This document shows, piece by piece, positions 18,587 to 27,090 of a stretch of 64,000 bases of DNA. The stretch comes from Pseudomonadota bacterium (lineage in GTDB: Bacteria > Myxococcota_A > UBA9042). Location: assembly GCA_005792545.1 (NCBI GenBank), contig SXRM01000383.1, forward strand, positions 10,562 to 74,561. Reading direction: 5' to 3'. The notes under the pieces were generated by a model that worked only from the letters and a program-made list of their open reading frames with translations, was not told the origin of the DNA and made no database searches. The position numbers and the translations under genes were made by a program. Within the stretch, counting starts at the first letter, position 1, and each line of letters opens with the position of its first letter.

Positions 18587-19640
18587 CTGTCGTTGGTGGA
18601 GCGTTTTCGGGTGGATGGCGTTGGCGCTGTCCAACTGTGGTCAGGCCGACCTACCTGGCGCGGACGCCGCAGCGGCCAGTGCCGATGCGCAAGACGCCAC
18701 CGCCTTTGATACCGCCGGCCGACTGATCCTGGACAGCCAGCCCGACGCTGACAGCGGCCCCGACACCGCCCCAGACAACGGACCGCCGGTGCTCGATGTC
18801 GTACTCGATGGCGCCACGGTGGTCGATGCCGCTGGCTGCACGCCCAGCTGCAAAGGCAAGGTCTGCGGCCCCAACGGTTGCGGTTCCGTGTGCGGGTTTT
18901 GCAAGTCGGGCGAATTCTGCTCGGCCGACGGCGCCAAGTGCCAGGGCTTTTGCGAAAAGAACTGCAAGGACAAGGCGTGCGGCTCCGACGGCTGCAACGG
19001 CCAGTGCGGCACCTGCGACAAGGGCTTTGCGTGCGGTGACGACTTCAAGTGCTACGCCGATGCCTGCCAGGGCTCGTGCGCGGGCAAGGTCTGCGGCGAC
19101 AACGGCTGTGGCAAGTCGTGTGGCGTGTGCGCCGGCACCGACTACTGCGACGCCGGCGCCTGTGTGGCCAACGCCTGCAAAGGCGTCGACCCCCAAAAAG
19201 GCAACTGCGAAGGCGACCTGTTGCTGACCTGCACCGGCACGGGCGCCGCGGCCAAGAAGCTGGTCAAGGACTGCGCCGCCCCGCCCAACCTGCAGAACCT
19301 GACCTGCGGCTGGGACGCGACGGCCAACAAGAACGCCTGCATCGCCAAGGCCTGCGACCCCAGCTGCACCACCGACAGCGGCGACAAGATGGTGTGCGGC
19401 AACAACGCCTGCGGCCAGCCGTGCGGCACCTGCCCCGACGGCTGGAAGTGCAACGTCACTGCCTGCGCGCCCGCCGAAGGCGCCTCGTGCACGCCGAGCA
19501 ACTTTCCGCCCGAAGGTCAGTGCAGCGGTAGCACCTGGATCTACTGCAATACCGGCAAGCTCAAGTTCGTCGACTGCAAGGCCGCCGGCATGGACAAGTG
19601 CGGTTGGAACGCTGCGGCCGGCAAGTTCGAGTGCCTCTGA
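18549..19640 (+). CDS. secreted cysteine-rich repeat protein (putative lipoprotein)
   Basis: Repeated C.GK.CG.(N/D)GCG..CG.C motif. The signal-like N-terminus is …WWSVFGWMALALSNCG. The start is uncertain (18549, 18558 or 18615). Confidence 0.65.
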   Translation: MSSMSSERSPVPSCRWWSVFGWMALALSNCGQADLPGADAAAASADAQDATAFDTAGRLILDSQPDADSGPDTAPDNGPPVLDVVLDGATVVDAAGCTPSCKGKVCGPNGCGSVCGFCKSGEFCSADGAKCQGFCEKNCKDKACGSDGCNGQCGTCDKGFACGDDFKCYADACQGSCAGKVCGDNGCGKSCGVCAGTDYCDAGACVANACKGVDPQKGNCEGDLLLTCTGTGAAAKKLVKDCAAPPNLQNLTCGWDATANKNACIAKACDPSCTTDSGDKMVCGNNACGQPCGTCPDGWKCNVTACAPAEGASCTPSNFPPEGQCSGSTWIYCNTGKLKFVDCKAAGMDKCGWNAAAGKFECL

Positions 19641-19775
19641 GGGCTTGTCCAAGGACGAGTGTTCCTGGACGTTGCCCTGCTTGCTGGCTAGGTGGGTCGC
19701 AAGCTCGCGGCTGCGGGGCCGACTCGCCGCTCCGTGGCGGTGCGAGGGCGCTGTTCCGTCGTTGAAGTTGGCTTA
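19638..19775 (+). repeat. MITE/REP-like intergenic repeat, copy 1
   Basis: Contains the family core …CTTGCTGGCTAGGTGGGTCGCAAGCTCGCGGC…GCCGACTCGCCGCTCCG… and a 5' hairpin (CCAAGGAC/GTTCCTGG). It fills the whole gap between two convergent stop codons. Confidence 0.7.
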
Positions 19776-20609
19776 TCAGCGGCCTACGGCGCGCGCCTGC
19801 TCCTGCTTGTAGCGCAGCCCTTCGCGAGCGCCGAAAGCACCATAGAACACATCGTCGAGCGTGAGTCCTTGCGCGGGCGCGGTCTGACCGGCGAGGCTGC
19901 GGTCGCGGCCGTGCAGCATGGCGTCGATATCGGCCGGGCCGAAGCGCAGGCGTCCAGCGCCGACCAGTGTGCCGGCCAGGATCCGCACCATGTTGTGCAA
20001 AAAGGCGTTGCCCTCGACGGTCAGCTCGACGACATCGCCAACGGTCGCAACATCGATGCGATGCAGCGTGCGCAAGGTCGTGGCGGCCGTGCACTGTACC
20101 GATCGGAACGCCGCGAAGTCGTGGGCGCCCACCAACCGCTCAGCCGCCGCGCGCATCGCGTCAAGGTCCAGCCGCCCTTTGCAGTGCCAGCTGTTGCGCC
20201 GCCACAGCGGCAGCCGCACCGGCCCCGGCTGGAGGCGGTACACGTAGCGCTTGCCGATCGCGTCGGCGCGCACGTCGAAGTCGGCCGGCAGGTCTTCGGC
20301 ACCCAACACCTTGAGGTCCTCGCCCAGGTAGGCGTTCAGCCCTAGCTGCACGCCTTTGGGCGGCACCGTCAGCCGCGTGCGCACCAGCACCGGCATCCTG
20401 CGCGCGTGCACGCCCGCGTCGGTGCGCGAGCTCGAGCGCATGATCACGGTCTCTTCAAACTTGCGCTGCCAGGCCGCCTCGAGGTCGCCGCCGACCGTGC
20501 GCAGTCCATTGGCTTGTCGTTGGAACCCGCAAAATCCGCCACCGTCGAACTGCACCCACAGCAGAATCGGGCGCTGGCCGAAATCGGCTGCTGCTGCTTC
20601 GTCGCGCAC
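19776..20609 (-). CDS. truA: tRNA pseudouridine(38-40) synthase TruA
   Basis: …GFQRQ…, SSSRTDAGVHARRMPV (catalytic RTD.GVHA) and …FLHNMVRILAG… are present. Length 277 aa. Confidence 0.9.
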   Translation of the reverse strand: MRDEAAAADFGQRPILLWVQFDGGGFCGFQRQANGLRTVGGDLEAAWQRKFEETVIMRSSSRTDAGVHARRMPVLVRTRLTVPPKGVQLGLNAYLGEDLKVLGAEDLPADFDVRADAIGKRYVYRLQPGPVRLPLWRRNSWHCKGRLDLDAMRAAAERLVGAHDFAAFRSVQCTAATTLRTLHRIDVATVGDVVELTVEGNAFLHNMVRILAGTLVGAGRLRFGPADIDAMLHGRDRSLAGQTAPAQGLTLDDVFYGAFGAREGLRYKQEQARAVGR

Positions 20610-20614
20610 GCGGC

Positions 20615-22357
20615 CTACAGGTCGAAAGCGAGGCCGAACGAGAACACGCCGTCGCTGAGATCGATGCTCTTGCCGCTGCCAAAGTCGTTAAGTACGCGCC
20701 GGTCGTATTCCAGGTACAGGTAGCTGTGGTTGACGCCCATCTCGATGTCGAAGCTACGGGCGGCGCTCGGCTCCAGCACGTCCAGCAAGAAGCGCAGGCC
20801 GCCCGCCGCATGCCAGCCGCCGGTGCCGCCGAGCGCCTCCAGCTTGGTGCCGCTAGTGGTCGTGTAGGTGGCGTAGTCGCCGCTACCGTTGAGCATCCAC
20901 CAAAACGCGTACATGGCGCCGATCTTGGCGTACGGCACGAACGGGATTCCGGCCTTGTGGGCCAGCGGATCGAGCCGGTAGGTCAGGTCCAGGCTCAACG
21001 GCACGATCTTGAGGGTGGTGGCGTCGGTGCTCGCTTTGCCGGTGCTGCGTTCGAGGCCCTTGCCTTCCTTGGTGAACCAGCCGTAGCCCAGGCCGATCGA
21101 CAGCGAGCCAAAGCGGTCCCACAGGCGCACGTCGGCCGTGCCGCCGATTTCCCAGTCGGCATTGCCAAAAATGTCGGCGTACGGCTTGGCCTTGCCGGCA
21201 AACGGCGCGTCGATCCCGGGCAGGTAGCGGGTCGCGCGAAACTCGGCGCTGTTGTCCAGCGGCGAGTCGGCATGGGCCGGAGTCGGCGCCAGCGCCACAG
21301 CAACCGCCGCCAGCATCGCTGTTGCCACACCAGCACGGCAACGCAGGCCAGCCAACGCAAACAGCGTCAGCAGCGCCGCCAGCCACCAGCCGCCCGTCGC
21401 CGGCCGCGACCCCGCGCTACACGGTGCAAAGCCGCCTTCTTCGGTGCCGCCGGAGGCCTGGTAGTGCTGCCAGGCGTCGACGACATCAATCGGCGTGCCC
21501 TTGCCCAGGCCCGAGTAGCCGGATTCGTTGCCGTGAGAGTCAATTGCGGTCACCGCGACGTAGTAGGGTGTGCCGTTGGTCAAGTCCTTGATCTGGTAGG
21601 TCTTGGTGGTGACCTTGGCCGACTTCTGTACCTTGACGGTGCCCGCTGCCACGGCGCTCGGGTCGATCGGCAGTGTCGCCCAGTACACGTGGCTGCCCGA
21701 GACCTTGCTGTCGTCGCTGTGCTTCCAGGTCGCGGTCAGGTTGCCGCCGCCGGGCGCGATCGACGACAGCTCGGGCGCCGGCGGACCAGCAAGGTCGACC
21801 ACGATCTTGGTCTTGAACGCCACCACCTGCTGGGCTGCGCCCACTTGAGGCTGATCCTGGACCAGGAAGTACACGAACGCGTCCTGCTCGCTGTTGTCGT
21901 CGCAGTTGGCGCTTTTACCCAGCAGATCGTGCAGGTTGACCTCCATGCTGAAGGTGCCGATCTTGAAGCTCTGCTCGCTATAGACAATGCATGAGGTGTT
22001 GGTGTCGTCTTTTTGCAGCGTGGCCTCGCCGCACGACTTGCCGCGCGGCGCAACCTTGAAGGCGCTGCTGAAATTGCCGATCGAACTCGGCGTCCAGTTC
22101 CAGTTGATCTTGATTGCCGGCTGACTGGCGGCCATGATCGCCTTGCAGTCCGCGCGGTTGATGTAGTGGACGTCGTCGGCCTGCCCCGGCGTGGACGGGC
22201 CCACACCAAAATGCGTCGGCGGCGCCCAGTCTGAGCCGGACGCGGTCTCGATGCTCTGGATGGTCACCGTGGGTACGGCCCAGCCCGCGGTGGCCCACGT
22301 CAGCACCGCACACGCAACCGTGCACGCGCCAGCCAGCTTTGGGGTCGAACGGGTCAT
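20615..22357 (-). CDS. envelope protein: FN3-like domain + MYXO-CTERM-like segment fused in frame to an outer-membrane beta-barrel-like domain
   Basis: ATG at 22357 is preceded by GGAGA. Signal is MTRSTPKLAGACTVACAVLTWATAGWA. The FN3-like stretch is …NLTATWKHSDD…YYVAVTAIDSHGNES. The internal tail is GGFAPCSAGSRPATGGWWLAALLTLFALAGLRCR. It is followed by a signal-like ATAMLAAVAVALAPTPAHA and an alternating-hydrophobic C-terminal domain ending FSFGLAFDL. Confidence 0.75.
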   Translation of the reverse strand: MTRSTPKLAGACTVACAVLTWATAGWAVPTVTIQSIETASGSDWAPPTHFGVGPSTPGQADDVHYINRADCKAIMAASQPAIKINWNWTPSSIGNFSSAFKVAPRGKSCGEATLQKDDTNTSCIVYSEQSFKIGTFSMEVNLHDLLGKSANCDDNSEQDAFVYFLVQDQPQVGAAQQVVAFKTKIVVDLAGPPAPELSSIAPGGGNLTATWKHSDDSKVSGSHVYWATLPIDPSAVAAGTVKVQKSAKVTTKTYQIKDLTNGTPYYVAVTAIDSHGNESGYSGLGKGTPIDVVDAWQHYQASGGTEEGGFAPCSAGSRPATGGWWLAALLTLFALAGLRCRAGVATAMLAAVAVALAPTPAHADSPLDNSAEFRATRYLPGIDAPFAGKAKPYADIFGNADWEIGGTADVRLWDRFGSLSIGLGYGWFTKEGKGLERSTGKASTDATTLKIVPLSLDLTYRLDPLAHKAGIPFVPYAKIGAMYAFWWMLNGSGDYATYTTTSGTKLEALGGTGGWHAAGGLRFLLDVLEPSAARSFDIEMGVNHSYLYLEYDRRVLNDFGSGKSIDLSDGVFSFGLAFDL

Positions 22358-22550
22358 GCCTCTCCTACGCGCGGCGACCGCGGTTCGCGGCCCTGTCGCC
22401 ACAGCCATGCACGCGCCGTGCCAAGGCGGCGTAGCGGCAAAAGCCTTGCGGGCGGGCATTTGTTCCCGAAGTCCTGCAACGGGCCGCGGCCAAATCGTTC
22501 ACGCCAACGCCATGGTCGGTCTTGAACGTGCCAAAATGGCAAGATCGCAC

Positions 22551-23579
22551 TTACGCGCCATGCACCAGACCACCGGCAACGGCGAGCCTGGCGATTTGCA
22601 CGGCGTTGGTGGCGGCGCCTTTGCGCAGGTTGTCGGCGACGACCCACAGGCACAGACCGTGCGGCACGGTGGGATCCTGGCGGATGCGGCCCACATAGAC
22701 CGAGTCGGTCTCGGCGCAGTCCATGGGCATCGGATACTGCTTGTTGGCGAGGTCATCGACCACCACCACGCCGTGGGCCTGGCCCAAGGCCTCCCTGGCC
22801 TGGGCGACCGTGATCGGGCGGTCAAATTCGGCGACCACCGACTCGCTGTGACCGCAGGTGACCGGCACACGCACCGCGGTCGGACAGACTTGCAGGTCGG
22901 GCAGGCCCATGATCTTGCGGGTTTCGTAGACGAGCTTTAGTTCTTCTTCGGTGTAGCCGCCCTCGCCCGGACTGCCGATGTGCGGAATGACGTTGAACGC
23001 GATCCGCGCATTGTGCACCACGACGTCAAACGGCTTGCCGTTGAGCAGCGCAGCGGTCTGCGTCGCGAGCTCTTCGATGCCTTTCTGGCCGGCGCCCGAT
23101 ACGCTCTGGTAGGTCGAGACGACCACGCGGCGCAGGCCAGCCAGGTCGTGCAGGGGCTTTAGCGCCACCACCATCTGGATGGTGCTGCAGTTGGGGTTGG
23201 CGACAATGCCCTTGTGGCCAATGAGCGCAGTCGGATTGACCTCAGGCACCAGCAACGGCACGTCGCTGTGCATGCGAAAGGCGCTGCTGTTGTCGATGCA
23301 CAGGCAGCCGCGGCGGGCGGCCTCGGGCAGCATTTGTTTGCTCACCGCCGACCCGGCCGAGGCCAGCACGATGTCGACGCCATCGAAAGCGGCGGGCTCG
23401 GCGACCTGGACGTCCAGTTGCCGTGCGCCGTAGTCCACGGTCTCACCGACCGAGCGCGGCGACGCCAGCGCCAGCACTTCGCTGCACGGAAAGCGCATCT
23501 CGTCGAGCACGCGCAGCATCTCGCGGCCGACCGCGCCCGTGGCGCCGAGCACGGCGACTTTGTAGCGTTTGTCTTGCAT
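22551..23579 (-). CDS. asd: aspartate-semialdehyde dehydrogenase
   Basis: MQDKRYKVAVLGATGAVGREMLRVL (NAD-binding), the active-site region …ANPNCSTIQMV…, and …RVPV..GHS…. Confidence 0.93.
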   Translation of the reverse strand: MQDKRYKVAVLGATGAVGREMLRVLDEMRFPCSEVLALASPRSVGETVDYGARQLDVQVAEPAAFDGVDIVLASAGSAVSKQMLPEAARRGCLCIDNSSAFRMHSDVPLLVPEVNPTALIGHKGIVANPNCSTIQMVVALKPLHDLAGLRRVVVSTYQSVSGAGQKGIEELATQTAALLNGKPFDVVVHNARIAFNVIPHIGSPGEGGYTEEELKLVYETRKIMGLPDLQVCPTAVRVPVTCGHSESVVAEFDRPITVAQAREALGQAHGVVVVDDLANKQYPMPMDCAETDSVYVGRIRQDPTVPHGLCLWVVADNLRKGAATNAVQIARLAVAGGLVHGA

Positions 23580-23637
23580 GGAAGGTTTCAATCCGCTGGC
23601 GAGGCCCGCAGCGCGAAGGGGCCCGATCGGCCCCGGC

Positions 23638-24684
23638 CTAATTCGTGGGCGCGCGCCCAGGCGGTGGCGGCGGAATGATGACCGGCGCTGCACCTGGCGG
23701 CGGGGGCGGAATCATTGGCGCGCCAGAGATACCCGGGGGCGGCGGCGGCGGAATCGCCGGGGCCGGTGGCGCCCAGGTGGGCGGATGGACCTTGACCACG
23801 ACAGTGGTGATGTTGTCGTGGCCGCCGCGCGCCTTGGCCAGATCGGTCAGTCGGTAGCAGGCGGCTTGGGCGTTCGGCGCATTGCGCATCACCAACTCGA
23901 TCTCTTCGTCGCGCACCAGATCGGTCAGACCATCGCTGCACAGCAGGTAGTGGTCGCCCTGCCGCACGGTATCCACGAACAAGTCGACGATGACCTGCTC
24001 TTGCAGGCCGAGCGCGCGCACGATGACGTTCTTGTACGGAAAGTTCTCGATCTCTTCGGGCTGCAACAAGTTCATGCGGATGTACTCGTTGAGCAGCGAA
24101 TGGTCTTCGGTCAGCTGGCGCAGCTTGCCAGCGCGCAGACGGTACATCCGACTATCGCCAACGTTGGCGATGTGAATGCGGTTGCCCTCGAACACGGCGC
24201 CGACGAGCGTGGTGCCCATGTCGCGCAGTTGTTCGTGCTGCTGGGCCAGTCGATAGACGCTGATGTTGGCGCTTTCGACCGCCTTGCGCAGCCGCAGCGC
24301 GTGAGGGCTGGACTCAGCAGGTGTCATCTCGGTCTTGGCACGCTTGGCGCGCAAGTAGGCCGAGCGCACGCGCCGGGTCAGGTCCGGGTTGCCGTAGAAC
24401 GAGCGCAGCGCTTCGATCGTGAACGCACTCGCCACCTCGCCGGCCGAGTGGCCGCCCATGCCGTCGGCGACCACGTACAACCTGTCGCCCTCGAGCAGCA
24501 ACAGCGCATCTTCATTGCCGTCGCGCACCAAACCGACGTCGGTCAGTCCGTTGGTCTCGAACTTGAAGCGCGCCTGCTTGGGTGCGCGCGGCGCTCCGAC
24601 AGCTGGCGGCGCCGGCGGTTCTGCCTTGGCGCGCTTGCCTTTGGCCGCGGCGGGCGGTGGTGCGGCGGGTTTCGACTCGGCCAT
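23638..24684 (-). CDS. PP2C-family Ser/Thr protein phosphatase with proline-rich C-terminal tail
   Basis: …TDVGLVRDGNEDA…VVADGMGGHSAGEVAS…LLCSDGLTD…GGHDNITTVVV are canonical PP2C/Stp motifs. The tail is PPTWAPPAPAIPPPPPPG…IPPPPPG. Confidence 0.85.
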   Translation of the reverse strand: MAESKPAAPPPAAAKGKRAKAEPPAPPAVGAPRAPKQARFKFETNGLTDVGLVRDGNEDALLLLEGDRLYVVADGMGGHSAGEVASAFTIEALRSFYGNPDLTRRVRSAYLRAKRAKTEMTPAESSPHALRLRKAVESANISVYRLAQQHEQLRDMGTTLVGAVFEGNRIHIANVGDSRMYRLRAGKLRQLTEDHSLLNEYIRMNLLQPEEIENFPYKNVIVRALGLQEQVIVDLFVDTVRQGDHYLLCSDGLTDLVRDEEIELVMRNAPNAQAACYRLTDLAKARGGHDNITTVVVKVHPPTWAPPAPAIPPPPPPGISGAPMIPPPPPGAAPVIIPPPPPGRAPTN

Positions 24685-24913
24685 GCGCGGTTCCCATCGG
24701 CAAGCGGTCAAAGGAGGCGGGCGCGAACAAAGACCAACGGCGCGCGTACGCGGGAGGTGGCAACCGGATCGCCACCAACCTTTGCGCAACCGACCCAATC
24801 GCGACCGGTGGGGTCCACCGACTGCGCACCGGGCGATGCGTCGCGGCGAAAGTACCTTGGCATCGGCTGGGTGTCAAACAACGCCACACAGACGTCGCAT
24901 GTCCAGCGGGCCA

Positions 24914-26323
24914 TTACGGGCGCAAGCGATCCATCAGTCGCGGAAATGCAATTGTTTCACGCACATGCGGAAGACCGCACACCCACGCCACCGTGCGCTC
25001 CAGGCCCAGACCAAAACCGCCGTGCGGCACGCTGCCATACTTGCGCAGGTCCAGGTACCAGTCGAAGGCCGCCATCGGCAGCTTGTGGTGCACAATGGCG
25101 GCGTGCAGGGTGTCGTGGTCGTCTTCGCGCTGGCCGCCGCCGATGACCTCGCCGTAGCCCTCGGGCGCCAGCATGTCGACGCTCAGGCTGCGCAGCGGAT
25201 CGGCCGGATCGCGCTTCATGTAGAACGCCTTGACCTGCGCCGGGTAGCGCCGCACGAAGATCGGCCGATCGTACTGCTGGGTCAGGATGGTCTCGTCGTC
25301 CGCGCCGAGGTCGTCGCCAAACGGAATGTCGCTGCCGAGCTGGTGCAACTGCTCGACGGCCTGCGCGTAGTCCAGCCGAATGAAGGGCTTTTGGATGTCG
25401 GCCAGCGCCTGCCGGCGCGGCTTGAGCTGCCGGTGTTCTTCAGCCTCGCTGCGTAGGCTGTCGATGAGGTCGAGTTCGGCGCCGCGGTCGCGCAGCACAT
25501 CGGCCGCGATCGTGCACACCAGGTCTTCGGCGAGATCAATGACACCGTCCAGCGTCAGGTACGCCGCCTCTGGTTCCACCATCCAAAACTCGGTCAGGTG
25601 GCGGCGAGTCTTGCTCTTCTCGGCGCGAAAGGTCGGCCCAAAGGTGTAGACCTTGCCTAGCGCCATTGCTGTCGCTTCGCTGTACAACTGGCCGGACTGG
25701 CTCAGGTAGGCTTTTTGGTCGTGGTAGTCGGTCTCGAAAAGGGTGCTGGTGCCCTCGCAGGCATTGGGCGTAAAGATCGGGGTGTCGACCAGCACGTAGT
25801 CGCGGCTGTCGAAGAAGTCGCGGATCGACTTGACGATGCGGGCGCGCACCCGCAGGATCGCAGCCTGACGCCGCGATCGCAGCCACAAGTGGCGATGATC
25901 CATGAGGAACGCCACGCCGTGCTCTTTGGGCGAGATCGGGTAGTCCGGCCGCGCCTCCGCGACCACCAAAAGCCCATCGGCCTGCAGCTCAAAGCCGCTG
26001 GGCGCACGCTCGTCGGCGCGTACAGTGCCGGCGACGATGATCGATGACTCTTGCTGCAGGTGGTCGGCGCGCGCAAAGGTCGAGTCGTCGAAATCGCCCT
26101 TGAACATGACCGCTTGGATGATGCCGCTGCCATCGCGGACTTGCAGGAAGTGCAGCTTGCCCTTGCTGCGGCGGTTGTGCAGCCAGCCACGGATCTGCAC
26201 GCGTTGGCTGGCAAAGGCCGCGATGTCGGCAATGCGCGCAACCGGCAGGTCGCTGATCGCAGTCGGCAGGTGGATTGAGCGCGGCGCCTGTTCAGCGTCG
26301 GCTGGGGCGGTGTCAGTGGTCAT
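24914..26323 (-). CDS. asnS: asparagine--tRNA ligase
   Basis: …[28 protein letters not shown]…, …VKAFYMK…, …[18 protein letters not shown]…, …[15 protein letters not shown]…. These are class IIb motifs closest to AsnRS. The ATG at 26323 is used, and the upstream 196 codons of the track ORF are an artefact. Confidence 0.92.
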   Translation of the reverse strand: MTTDTAPADAEQAPRSIHLPTAISDLPVARIADIAAFASQRVQIRGWLHNRRSKGKLHFLQVRDGSGIIQAVMFKGDFDDSTFARADHLQQESSIIVAGTVRADERAPSGFELQADGLLVVAEARPDYPISPKEHGVAFLMDHRHLWLRSRRQAAILRVRARIVKSIRDFFDSRDYVLVDTPIFTPNACEGTSTLFETDYHDQKAYLSQSGQLYSEATAMALGKVYTFGPTFRAEKSKTRRHLTEFWMVEPEAAYLTLDGVIDLAEDLVCTIAADVLRDRGAELDLIDSLRSEAEEHRQLKPRRQALADIQKPFIRLDYAQAVEQLHQLGSDIPFGDDLGADDETILTQQYDRPIFVRRYPAQVKAFYMKRDPADPLRSLSVDMLAPEGYGEVIGGGQREDDHDTLHAAIVHHKLPMAAFDWYLDLRKYGSVPHGGFGLGLERTVAWVCGLPHVRETIAFPRLMDRLRP

Positions 26324-26436
26324 GGGCGTTGGTCCAAGCTTTGCGAAAAACACAGCGACCGCAGGCCGGCGGCCCGAGCGTGGGCGCGGGACCTCGACCT
26401 GCGGCCGCAGGGACTGACGAAGATCGGGGCGGCGGC

Positions 26437-26715
26437 TTACTTGCCGTCGACCTTGTTCTTGAGCTCCAAGCCGACTTTGAAGAACGGCATCTTCTTGGGG
26501 CCAACCTTGACCGCAGTGCCCGTCTTGGGGTTGCGACCGGTGTACGCTGGGTAGTTGCGCACAGTGAAGTTGCCGAAGTTGCGGATCTCGATGCGCTCGT
26601 CCTTCTTCATCGCGTCGACCATCAGGTCGAAGATCTTGTTGACAACGGTGGACGCCTTGTCCTTGGTCAGGTTGGCTTTGGACGCGACGGCTTCGATCAG
26701 GTCGGACTTGGTCAT
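26437..26715 (-). CDS. integration host factor subunit (IHF-beta-like), HU family
   Basis: [10 protein letters not shown]…[47 protein letters not shown] is close to the HimD pattern (…RIEIRGFGSF…GRNPKTG…). Confidence 0.88.
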   Translation of the reverse strand: MTKSDLIEAVASKANLTKDKASTVVNKIFDLMVDAMKKDERIEIRNFGNFTVRNYPAYTGRNPKTGTAVKVGPKKMPFFKVGLELKNKVDGK

Positions 26716-26992
26716 GGCAGGGCCTCTGGGTTGGCGGGTTGCGCAGCGGGTGCGGCAACCGGTTGATAGCATGGACAGCGGAACCGTTGGGACAAATGCG
26801 CTCGCCCACGGATGCGGACAAGCGCGCCGTCTGGGCGGTCGCGGGACGTTGCATCGGCGGCGAGGCGCTGCGGCGGTGGCGGCCCCGAAACCGGTTTGCA
26901 GCCCGTCGGAGCATCGGGCGCTGGACCCAACCCCTTGAACTGGCTGCGAGATCCTCGCCTGCGCGACCCCGCGCGGCAAGGGGATGCGGAGT

Positions 26993-27090
26993 TTAGGGCT
27001 GTTGCACCCAAGGTGCAAGAGGCCGCCATGTTTTTTCGGCAGGTTGCAGCGGACCGCGGCAACGGCAACGGCCGGCGGCGGCGGCGCCTA
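26993..27090 (+). repeat. MITE/REP-like repeat, degenerate short copy 7
   Basis: Starts TTAGGGC and carries a hairpin TTGCACC-CAA-GGTGCAA at the family position, then …GCCGCCATGTTT… (compare GCGCCCATTTGCC). It ends …GGCGCCTA, where CTA is the stop of the gene at 27088. The central core is poorly conserved. Confidence 0.4.

Noticed and set aside
20726-21994. 422-aa + strand ORF inside the FN3/barrel gene
   Set aside because: It is an antisense artefact with R/A/G/V-rich composition. The minus frame has a signal peptide, an FN3-like domain and an RBS.
22528-22543. Possible sigma54 promoter GTGCCAAAATGGCAAG / CTTGCCATTTTGGCAC between asd and the FN3/barrel gene
   Set aside because: The TGGCAC and TTGC elements are in the wrong order and spacing for a -24/-12 promoter on either strand. 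It is probably just a small inverted repeat downstream of asd.
23569-25146. 525-aa + strand ORF spanning the asd start, the PP2C gene and the asnS end
   Set aside because: It crosses three well-supported minus-strand genes and has junk composition.
24914-26914. Long 5' extensions of real genes in the track (asnS to 26914, ihf to 27018, asd to 23693, PP2C to 24798, xerC/D to 46494, speD-like to 38669, GH-like to 53897, beta-helix to 11229, and others)
   Set aside because: The extensions are R/P/G-rich and overlap neighbouring genes or intergenic DNA. In each case an internal ATG/GTG coincides with the start of the conserved protein and usually with an RBS.
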